From Lama guanicoe (Eukaryota), in contig MU054212.1 of NCBI GenBank assembly GCA_013239625.1, positions 3,410,001 to 3,474,000 of the forward strand: a stretch of DNA of 64,000 bases, given 5' to 3'. Positions 52,341 to 63,214 of the stretch are shown one piece after another; the first letter of the stretch is position 1, and the number at the start of each line of letters is the position of its first letter. The position numbers and the translations under genes were made by a program. Below the pieces are notes generated by a model. The model was not told the DNA's origin and did not search any database. It saw nothing but the letters and a program-made list of their open reading frames with translations.

Positions 52341-53348
52341 TGTGAAACAAAATTCATATTCTATGGTAACAAACACAAAAAATTGAAGCATAAAAATTCT
52401 TCTCTGCCCTTCGGCCTCCTCTGCCCCCTGACTGTGCGCTGTGTGTCTGCATATCCACCGACCAGACCTGCCCCATCGGCAGGACCGTGTGTTCATCCAT
52501 AAAGAGCAACGCTCTCCTAGAACATCAACAAGACAACTCCTTAAAACATAACATTCCCTTCTGATCTTGTGAGGGATCACAGGACCCACCAGGATAAAGC
52601 TTAGATCTGGATTACGTGAACTGTCAACAACGCGTCATACGATGTAGAGCCCTCTGTCTCAGAAACCTTAAGTAACTGTGCCTTGATTTCTAACTGGCAG
52701 AACAGTCCTCAGAGCTTTCCTCAAATCTGGCTCAAATAAAAATTCCCATTTCTTTCTTAGATCTGATACAGGAAAAAATGGGGTGTGAGAGGATGGGTCA
52801 TGTCACGGGTCATGTCACAGGTCTTGGTCGAGCCCCTGGGATGTGCCCCGTCAAGTGAGGGTTGTTGGCTTTGCACAGGCCATCTCAGAAGGCCAGAGAA
52901 AGGCCTAGGAGACACACATTCCATGGGCAGAGTGTGGGCCATCTTGCTCAGAAGGGGGAGCAGCGGCCTCAGAGCATGGGGTCAGCTAAGAGAAATGAGA
53001 TCAGCCCCGAGGTGTGCGGGGCAGTTGGTTTTTATGGGCTTGGTAACTCCCTGTGCTAACACGTGAGAGGATTATTCCAGCTACTCTGGGGAAGGGGCTG
53101 GGATTCTCCAGAACTGGGCCTTCACCCACTTTTTGACCTTTCATGGTCAGCCTTGAAACTGTCCTGGCACCTGTGGAGCGCCATTTAGAGTACTGCTGCA
53201 TTTTAATGGGCATATATTGAAGCTCAAGGTCTACTGGGAGTTGAGTCTTCCACCATCTTGGTGCTAACTGCTGTGCCATTTTTTTAATTGGTTGTGCCCT
53301 GCCCCCTTCCCTCCTGTCTCAGATTGACTGATTAATTTTTCATTGACA
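52341..53348 (+). mobile_element. ERV1-class solo LTR (outer) with 4-bp TSD CTTC, interrupted by a second LTR
   Basis: tgtgaaac...cattgaca termini; cttc at 52337-52340 and 53349-53352; aataaa just before the interruption. Confidence 0.85.
52764..53321 (-). mobile_element. MER41-like ERV1 solo LTR nested in the outer LTR
   Basis: Minus strand starts TGAGACAGGAGGGAAGGGGGCAGGGCACAAC and ends CCTGTATCA; near-TSD gatc (52760-52763) / gatt (53322-53325). Confidence 0.85.
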
Positions 53349-54084
53349 CTTCCATAGGGGAAGAGGAAGGCAAGACTGAGATCTGTGTTGGATGATGTAT
53401 GATCAGGGATACCGATTCAGAAGACAGTCTCACATCCCGCCTGTTCTCTGCCCCGCTCCCACCAATAAACTAAGGAGAAAACTAAGCATTTGATTACTTT
53501 TCTTAGTACAACAATAGAAGATGTTCAGTAGATGCAGAACTTCCAATGGCAGGGCATAAGCAGGGACACGGTTCTCCTGGAGGAGAAATATTTACAACCA
53601 GCCTGCGAAATTATCAGGATTGAAGGGCACTGATTTGCATGTACATACTAATGGCTCTGAACACACATTTAATGAAGAGAAATGGCCCTTGAAAAGCCAG
53701 GCGCTCTCCATACGGGAAAACTTGAGGTTTGTGACATGTAAATTGAAAGTTCCCATCTTTTCTGATCATGAAGTTATTGCAAATTCATTTTTTGAAAGCA
53801 GGGAAATTCGACGGGGATATCATCAACTTATTTACAGAACGGGATGACATGCAAAATATAATAAAATGTGTTAATCAAGTCACCTTCCAAATATCGGTAG
53901 TTGGTCATCAAATAATAATATGGTGATAATCCTCAGGCAAAGGAACAAAATTAATATTTTGAAAGACATTTCCAACTTCAGATAGAATTGAGAGTAAATG
54001 TGAAAAAAAATCTAAAGATAAAAAATGAACATCACCAGAGGGAGGAAGGTTTATGCAGAGCACTCTGAGAATAAAGAGAGCAGA

Positions 54085-54686
54085 TGAAGCTGCTCAGAAG
54101 TGAAAACCGGGTGGGACCCCGTGGTCCTTCTAAACCTCCTGGACCCTCCCTGACCCTCCTTTCTGCCTCCTAGACCTTCCCTGAGTTCCAAAGGGCAGAT
54201 TCAAACAGCTACTAATTAGAGGAGTGAGAAAATGTGAAAACAAAAGAGATGCAGTCAAGAAACAATAGCGCAGGATGGGGAGAGTCCTCAGGGGATGTGC
54301 GGGACTCCCTGATACCTACCTCTGAGCTCCTCCATAGGAACTAAGGCCCCACCCAGGTGGAGGATGGTGACTTCAAGCTGAGCACAAGCATGTGGACTCC
54401 AGACTATCTGAAACCAGAAGGTCGACGATTGAGATGCCTGGAGAACCTCCCTGTTACTTCACCACTAACCAAGGACGGGAAGGTCACACACCCTGCAGCC
54501 CTCCCGCCAAACTGTGCCTATAAAAACTCTTCCCCCTGAACCACTCGGGGAGTTTGGGCTTTTTGACCACGAGCTGCTCAGTTCTCACTGCTCGGCCATT
54601 GCCATAAACCCTTCTCTGCTCCAAACCCCGATGTTTCGGCTTGTTTGGCCTCACTGTGCGTCCAGCACACAAACTTGGGCCCAACA
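54085..54686 (+). mobile_element. ERV1-class solo LTR
   Basis: tgaag...ccaaca termini, TATA box 'cctataaaaa', imperfect flanking repeat gcaga/gcaaa; same overall architecture as 43046-43715. Confidence 0.8.
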
Positions 54687-54694
54687 GCAAAAGC

Positions 54695-54876
54695 ACCAGC
54701 GTAGCGAATGAGGTTTGCACGCCACTGCGACCAGCATCAGAATCTTCTGCCATGTGTGTTAAGATAAAAATTTTCGGATCCTACCCTAAACCTACTGAAC
54801 CAGAATATTGCTGCTCTGTGCATTTTGTCAGATTCCCCCGATGACTCTCAGGTACCCTTCCTTTGAGAGACACTGT
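54695..54876. mobile_element. MER5A-like hAT-Charlie MITE
   Basis: 'gcatcagaatc..cctaccctaaacctactgaaccagaat..ctgtgcatttt..tttgagagacactg'. Confidence 0.7.
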
Positions 54877-57800
54877 CTGAGATTTTATAAAACACAATGA
54901 GAGGTTCAGAGGTGACAGCTATAAAGAATATAAAGATGTTGTATAGGATGGGATTAAATGAGAAATCATGGTGTGTAACTGAAAAGATTGGTATGAACTT
55001 CTTTAAAGAAAGAGTAGAGGTAAAGAGCAAAGATCAAGTTCATGAAATGACACTTGATTCCAGGGAAAGAAAATGAAATAAATGATTTAGAGTCAGGTGC
55101 TCACAGTTTAAGAGAGAAGGTGGGAAAATCAAGTTTGTAAGGGACGGCAGTGTCTTGGGATGGGCCCTTATAACTGATAATTCCATACAACTTCGGAATA
55201 CCGCTTAAGCAAACTTTAGGGTGCGGTTTTGAATGGCAAACAGGGAAAATACGATGAAATGGCCAGTACAGAGGAGTTTCTGTTCCTGCTCGGGGGCCAC
55301 TTGTGCTAGTGGACAGAAACGTCTCCTGACCTACGTGTCCTTATCTCCCCTAACAAAATAATTGAAATCTTCACTAAATAGTGCTGCTTAAGGACTAAGG
55401 CTAAAACTCAGGTCTGAAATAACGCCTGAAAATCCATAACCTGGTAGCAGGATTTAAATGCAATAAAAAGTCACAAAGAGCTCCAAAAAAACCCACTACC
55501 ATGTGTTCTGTAATTTTAAGAGACAGTATGTTGTGAAATAATAATAGAGGCATTGCTGGGCCGAAGAACATGACAGGAAAAATACCCTATAATGGTTAAA
55601 GAACACTTGCTCTGAAATGTCCCCCCAGTTGACATCCATTCACATGGAAACAGTTTTATTAAATACTGCGAGTTTTAAATTACACAGGTCTTCAGGAATT
55701 TGTCACTTGCATAAGATGCTGCTCTCCAGTGTTGCTGGGGTACATAAAGCACATGAAAGGAAGTTTCACACCGTTAACAGGAGAAGGAGGGGGGACAAGT
55801 CCCATGTCATATAAATCCCATGGAATTCAACCTATGAGTGAGAGAGAAAGGACTGCAGTTTTAAAATAGCATGCTGCCTTTAAGTTTCTGTGTCAGAGGG
55901 ATCTTTATGACAGCAGTGTGCAGAAGAGCTGGACTAGAGGTAGAGTGGCCTGTTTGGGGACTAGTTTGTGATTAGGTCAAAGACAGTCGGGACCTAGCTG
56001 GGTTGGGGATGGCAGTTTTGGGGAAGAAAGCATAACTTGCAAAATATTGAGGCAGCCAGATAGCAAATATTAAGTGAATGCTGACTATGGGCTAACAGCT
56101 GTTTTCTGCCTTCGGGGGTAAAACCCACAGCACCTGGAGTTTGATGGGATGTGTCAGAGTAGCTAATAACCTGCTAGAGGAAGAAGAGAACAGGGGAAAG
56201 TTCTTCTGACCAAGATGTTCTGCAAAGGCTCTTTAGACCAAAGGGAGTTTGAATTTGGCCAAGAATGAAGGGCACACTTCTGAGAGGCAGATGCTGAAAA
56301 GCAAGGATGAAGCTGGCCAAGTCAGACCAAACCAACTAAACCAAGGCCTGGATGTGGGCACACAATCCAGGTTCTAGAATGAGAAGCCAGTTTAACTGAC
56401 TGAAGCATTGGGTCTTCCTGGTATTAACGGGAGATTAAGCTGAACGTTCATGGAAAGGCACACTTTGCAAAGACTTTTGAAGGGGAGGATAAGGCCTTTG
56501 GATTTTATTCTGAATGCAGTGAATGGTCCCTGCAACACTTTTCAAAGCAAACTCCAGATCACACTCAACAAGGAAAGTTAAAGACGAGATGAGGGCCTTG
56601 CACTAGAGCATGAATCCAGCCTTGGAATATACAGGTATTTGATTTAAAAACAAACTTCATCACATATCAGTTATTCAATGATGCCTCTTGCATTCTTGGG
56701 TGTTACTAGTAGACTGGGCCGGCTTTTTATAACTTAAACGGTTCATTATTTCCTGAAACAAGAATTTTATACTGTCCCAAGATCTGTCCATTTTTCTCCC
56801 ATGTTAAAGACTTCGTATGCATTTGCTACATCAAATTTCAAGATAGTTTGATAAAAATCTACTTTTACTTATTCTGAATTAGCACATTACATTTTTTTTC
56901 TCATTGCAAATTTGTCTGCCACATCACATGCTAGTTACATTTCGCAGAAATTATTTGCATTAAATCAAATATTGCATTATTCTCCTTGCAAAACATAAAG
57001 CACGGATTTAATCCAAAAGAAGACATTGCCAATTTCAGATCCTTCGTGTCTTCAAATTTGCAACTTGGACATCCCTGCTAATAGTTCTATGCTAACAGGA
57101 TTAATGATTTTAAAATATTTGAAAAGCATTTTTAAGACTAAAGCTGAAAGGGCTTGTTTATCTATTTCTATCCAATTTCTACCTAATGGTGTTTGGACTG
57201 GTCTGCATGTTAAAGCAGGCTATACCTTTAAGCAAAAGCACACATTATCTTTTTCTAAAATCTGACTCAGAACACACTGCTTCTCGGAAACCTTTGAGGA
57301 CTGACTTCTGGCTTGTGTTTTTGGTTCTGTTATTTAGCATCAACCAAGAGCTACAGCCCAGGTTCATCAGCAATCTTTAAGACCAACTCCTCCTCCTACC
57401 AGACAAATGCAGATATTCAGAAGATTCCATCACTGATAACTCCAAGGGACAATAGCTAACATCAACATATGGCAGTTCAATAGATTGGAAGTTCCTTCTG
57501 CATAAAAATATCCCATCAATTACACTGAGTCCATTATAGAAACTAAAGAGAAAACATTTTTAGACACTTCTCATGACCTTTACCAAGTTCAAGGCAATCC
57601 TGACCTAGATGGTCAGAATAGGTTTCGGTGGGGAAGGGAGGGAAGGAGAAATATTCCGGTTACGGGGGGAAAAAGCCTTTGCAACCCACTCTGAGAGAGA
57701 AAGAGAGCTCCTGGGGTGGGCGGGAGAGCTACCAGCTCGAGATGAGCTCAGGTTGTGGCTAATAGTTTGGATCCCCCAAGGGCTGAGTTTTCATTACTCC

Positions 57801-59194
57801 TGATGGTAGCAAAATTCCTCAGCTGTTTGTAAAATCAGGCAGGTTCTTGGAATGAGGACTGATTCTCTCAGAAAACTGACCAAGTGAGAACACAGGTACA
57901 TTTTGCTCCCCGCTCACCTCTGAGCCTCTCAGACACATGGATGGGGCTCAGTAGGGTTCTTTTGTTAGACCTCTTTGTGCTGTCAATATAGACAAAGCAA
58001 CGTTTGATGGGTGATGAGAAACTAGAAAGTACAATGATAATACAGCCTTAAAATGTATGCATAACATTGCTTTCCTGGGCCACACTGTTCATAGAAAAGT
58101 CGAAGATCCTATATTCTATATTTAGGAGCTTGAGTTGAATTTACACTCACAGTTATTGGACCACAGTTCTATCAACCACCACTCCAGTGGACACTGTGAC
58201 ATTTTCAAGCTGAGAAAATACACTGTCAGTGGTCAGGGTGGAGGGTTAACTATAGTAAGAGTGTGACATGAGGGTTCTCCTTGGTAGGGATCAGTTTGCA
58301 AAGACAATCAGTCGTGGTAGCTGCAGTGCCCTAGAGCCACTGGGGTGGAGGTAGAGGACCTCTCCATCACCTTAGAACACCATTGAGAACAACGTCTTGG
58401 AGATCAGAAATCCATAGAGAGCAATGAAGATCTTTTAACTTGACAAAGGGAGCAAAAAAGAAAGGACGTAAGTGTGAAGGGCAGGACTCCATCACTTCAG
58501 GGACCGGTAGTCTCTGCAGGAATAAGCACGGGTACCGGACTCAAGGGAGAGATTAGAAAACCAGCGATAAAAGAGCTGAGTATTACGCCAATGATTAAGA
58601 GCATGGGAGTCCTCAAAATCGGCTGATCCTTATCCATCAGTTACTCTTAAAATATGACCTGACCAGATACTAAGCTGCTTGGGTTACATATTTTTTAAGA
58701 ATTACCAAAGGGCAGAGAAGCATAGCCAATATTCACTCCCCTTCTCCAGCCATTCACTGCCCCATCACATCCATCAGCCTCCTGTTCAGCCGTCAGCCTC
58801 CCTCTCCCCTGACCCACCAGGAACACTGTGACCCTAGACTTCCGCCTGGGAACCAGAAGTAACTTCTGAGGGAACACCTGATTTACGACTTTTTGGTGTG
58901 GGACACGAATGTAAATAGGGAGGACCTCTGGCTAGTCTAACCCCAAAGAGCTGGATCCCAGAAAGGGAAAGGGCCAGGCGAGGCACGGGGTCAGAGAGCG
59001 GGCTTTTGTAGACGGAGAACATCTGCCCCACCGTAAAGCGGTTTGGGTTCCATGTAGGCTAAACCAGCAAACGAAGGGCCAATGACAAGACGACATCCCC
59101 GAGGGTGTAGCCCAGGAAGCCTGAGTGAGCGAGAGAAGAATCAATGAGGCGGGAGCAGGAAGGTGGAGTTCGTGGCTTCATTGCAGCCGCTCAC

Positions 59195-59234
59195 ATACAG
59201 GATTTCGGTGGACTCTGAGCTTTCAAATATACGG
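59195..59234 (-). other. Candidate 40-nt internal exon of an unidentified minus-strand transcript
   Basis: Long pyrimidine tract tttttgtgtctctctcatgccctttctttcctcttttag|C; donor TAT|gtgagc (alternative CCT|gtatgt 4 nt earlier). Confidence 0.4.
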
Positions 59235-59801
59235 CTAAAAGAGGAAAGAAAGGGCATGAGAGAGACACAAAAAGGAACGAACAGAGCCTCCTCGGTTGTT
59301 ATCTCTACCAAAGGAACCCACAGAGGGGATAATTTAGTGCCTCCGTTAACCACCACCGGAACTCTGAGTTGAGCAGTCAGTGTTTACTCTAAAATACGCA
59401 GCCAGTAACTGAAGCTGACACTGATCTTGGCAGAATTACTTAACAATTCTCTACCCCTGTTGGATGAGCCTCCTCCTTGAAGAAACCTCACTTCCCCACC
59501 CAAGAAACTGCAGTCCTTTGTTCCCTTAAATCCTTCTCAGAAGCCTGCAAAAAGATATTTTTTGAACCTCAAGGAACTATTTTTAATTAAACATAGCAAA
59601 CATTAGTATTCCAAAGAGAGAGTGATGGTGTGGAATAAATTTAAGTTCTTCCTATGAATTATATATATATATATATATACATATATATGTAAAATATCCA
59701 CTCTCATTATAGAAAAAAATTCTCAATTGCATGTCCACATTTTAAAAGATTAATTCTTATTAAAAATGCGAAACCTTAGGTCAAAGGACAAGAATTATTT
59801 T

Positions 59802-59884
59802 ATTTTATTTATTTTTTTTCAGCTTAAACTGAATATTATTTACCAATATAATCAACCATAATGTGTCATTGAGTCAATGCTCAC
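59802..59884 (-). mobile_element. Short polyadenylated retro-insertion of unknown origin flanked by a 17-bp TSD
   Basis: aggacaagaattatttt at 59785-59801 and 59885-59901; T-rich tail at the left end; minus-strand target TTTC/AAAA resembles the L1 endonuclease site. Confidence 0.75.
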
Positions 59885-61767
59885 AGGACAAGAATTATTT
59901 TGAAACATTCCTTTTAATTGAAGGAAGAAGGAATAGTATGACAGAGTTAATTAAAATACTGTCTGCTATTATCCGTTATGTGGCCCTTTGTAAAAACATA
60001 AGACTCTTGCATGCTACATCTGTGGAAACTATAACCCGAAGCAAAGTGTTTCCTCCAAATTATCTGGTACATGAGACAGAAAAATTTTCCCATACATTGT
60101 TTATTGCCACTTCCTGCCAAATCAACTTTACAAACAACCCCTCGGGAATCTTAAATGTTGTTGAAACATCCTCCAATTCACAGTCTGCCAACCCGCAGTG
60201 GTAAGCTTCTTGGGAGAGCGTTAGAGCTTACAGTGGGCTGGAAATAGGTAGATACACTTTGCTGCAGGCAGGCCAGGAGCCAGGCTTCCTGAGAACTGAA
60301 CTCCAGGTAGAATTCATTGTCTTCAGCTCAACTGCTGAAGGTCAGCCACCACCTGTACTGAGGGCTTGGGTGTGCTCTAACAGCTTCTTTGGGAAATGGT
60401 TGAATACTTCCCCTGGCTGTCAGAAACACGGTAAAGCAGCTCTAGTTGAGAAAGAGAACGTCAATCTCTTTTTCTTGGTCGTAAGGAATTCTGAATCGAG
60501 GCTTTTCAGTGTCATGGTTAGAGAAGATGGTGTGTGCATTACAGACGCAGGTCAAGAACTTAGGCAGAAAGCTTTTCTGAACATGTTCCCAAGGTGAAAA
60601 TGAGTAAGCCATATTCCGTATCTACTTACATATTTATCTCTGGGTCTTTTAGCACTATTCTTATCAATAGGACTTTAAGTAAAAGTTTTCTTTAAATATC
60701 CAGCCTCTTTTCAGTTTTGCTACCAAAAAAAAAAAAAAAGTGCTGGAAGAAATAGTACCCCAGAGGCTAGGAGAGTGTTGACAGTAGAAAAAGTGAAGTG
60801 TCCCCAAGGTCAAGGTGTAGTAGAGGGTTAGAGTTGGGAAGACAAGGTTCTACTGGCCATCTTCGTAGTCTTCATCCAGGGTCTGAATTCAAGCAAGGGT
60901 TTGATTTTACTAGATGTGGCGGTGGTTTTTCTTATTGCTCTTAGTGTGAAACACTGTACTAGACACTTGGATCATAAAATAAATATGACACAGTGCCTCA
61001 AAAGAGAACAAGTTATCTTGGCTAATTTGACTTGGCTTTTGTTAACAATTTTGACTTGAAGGATAGTTGTCATGTAGCTATGTCAAAATACAAAGTGATT
61101 ATTTGGAAGCAGCAATAATATTCACAATAAAACCTCACCTAATCTCTGACCCTCTTTCCCCTCCTCCCTCCTCCATACTCATGGATGAGAAATGGGTTGG
61201 GGCCAAAGATGGGAGGAGACATGCTCATTTTTCATTTCAAACACTTAAAATGTAATAGCTAATTTTTAAGGCCATATATAAAAGCTATCTCACTGTGTAT
61301 ACATCTAAATGGCTTTAAATAGTCTTCATGGAAAATTATTGGTCTCCTAAAATTTATGGGTCTCAGTAGGAATAAGCAGCATCCACCTGGGTCATCTGGA
61401 TTACCCTGGAGAGCAGTCCCGCTGCCTACTTTTGCAAATACTCAGCGTTGAAAAGTTAATGGGAGAACTACTTCAGATCTAGAGCAAACTTGGAGAAGCA
61501 AAGTATCATCCATGGTTCCTTGTGATTCATCTGAGTAGAATCCTGGGTGCGACCAACAACCGATCTGTTGACTTCGTTGATCATGGCTTCCGGGTTACTT
61601 TATTGGCCAGATGGCTCTGTGCACTTCTGATCGTAGAAGCTAAGAGGAATTTGATCAAGATATGCACTCTGGATACATGCTGGTTTCTAATCAACTCCCT
61701 CAACAGTTCTTTTCAACTGAGTGAGATCTGATATTCCTGCCGAATTACTCATCTTCCCACTGCAATG

Positions 61768-61925
61768 CAGCATTCCCCGAAGTATGTGCTACAGAATGTT
61801 AGCGTCTTGGATTTTAGAAAGCATTCTGTGGAAAACAGGTTTACTGATCAAATGAATATGGCAGAGCTTGCCCTAAACAATGTGGAATGGATTTCTTTAT
61901 TCTAGGATTTCTCAAAACCCCAGTC
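61768..61925. mobile_element. MER103-like hAT-Charlie fragment
   Basis: 'cagcattccccgaagtatgtgctacagaa..gatttctttattctaggatttctcaaaacc'. Confidence 0.6.
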
Positions 61926-61929
61926 ATGC

Positions 61930-62110
61930 AGTCAGGGAAGTGAATTTGCTTTCAGACTTATTTGTGTCTTAACTCTACCTCTTACTAACTTTGACCTTGA
62001 GCAAGTTATTTAATCTTTCCAAGGTTTAATATGCTCATCTCTAAAATCAGGATACAAATACCATATTATAGAATTGGTCAGAATTGGATTAAACAAAATA
62101 AAATACCTAA
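61930..62110. mobile_element. MIR SINE
   Basis: 'cttactaactttgaccttgagcaagttatttaatct..ctcatctctaaaatcaggat'. Confidence 0.75.
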
Positions 62111-63214
62111 CTAAATTGGTAACATTTTCTATTTGTTTTGGGGATTCAATTTATACTATGATGTTTCTACATCACTATGCAATTTAGATTATGTCTTTGG
62201 TATACCAAAAGTGTGGATTCAATTTCAGTGTACAAACAAAGCAGAGGTACAGCGGATAGCTTGTAATTCTACCTAATCATTCTTCTATTAGATGCCGTGC
62301 TGGGAATCACGCTGCAAATCTTTGGGAATTAGCTGCCCATTTCATGCCCTTTTTTAATGTGACCTTAGTGTTACCCTATACTGGCCATTGATTTTTCTAT
62401 TGGAATTCTACAGGCCTTTAAATGGCCCTGCACTAACGATGCCAATGTATGTTTAAGTACTGAAAAGTTAAAATGGTGCTTCCTGTACACAACGTGTGCT
62501 CTTGCAGAGAAGCTAAACCTCATTAGAGGCCCTGTTCTTTGTTCTCAAATTACAGTGAGCCGAGTTACCTGGCTTGCCTCTCAAGAGTCATTAGGATATC
62601 CGAGCTCTGAATTCCTAGCCACTTATTGTCACACCATCCGTCTTCAACAAGGCTCAGTGAATATCTCTGCAGAGGTCACCATATTGGCAATAGTTCAAGT
62701 GTTGTTTTCAACCCCAAAAGAACTTAAAGTACGCCTTTTTTTTTTTTCTCTTCAGAATCTTTCCAGCCTGTTTCATAACAGATTACATTTCAGGGATGGA
62801 GAGGACGTTTAAAATTCTCCATTCTCCATCGAACACTTTGTAAGCATGCGCTTAAAAAAGAGAGAATCCTGACGGTAGATGAGAAACCTAGTGACACAGT
62901 ATTGTTTACCACATCTTACTCTCTGTCTCTGAATGAGGGGCATCCCATTGTCATGCTACCATAGGCAGGTCTGAAGGATGGCAGCAGGTAAGTACGATGA
63001 CCTTTTTGTGTGAGAGACTGGACTGGATATGAAACTTACTTAAGGAGCTAAATAAATATTGCTTGTTGTTTCCTATTAGGCATATTTGACGTCAAAGGTG
63101 GGGAATTCCAAACCCTTGTAGGACAAACGGGCTGTAATAAAGACTTTCAGGGAGGCTATGGGCTTTGTGTCGCAGGATGACTATCACCTCTAAGTACACA
63201 ATTTACGCCAGTCA

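Noticed and set aside
43046..54686. Two same-orientation related LTRs about 10 kb apart as the ends of one provirus
   Set aside because: Each has its own flanking duplication, they are clearly divergent, and the DNA between has no gag/pol/env and contains older repeats
58834..59031. Minus-strand ORF starting MGQ..SPLS resembling a gag matrix N-terminus
   Set aside because: Starts at GTG, similarity limited to a few residues, no adjacent LTR or primer-binding site
28209..59901. Spaced direct repeats as a CRISPR-like array
   Set aside because: Only isolated two-copy repeats with unrelated sequences in a mammalian context; no array and no cas genes
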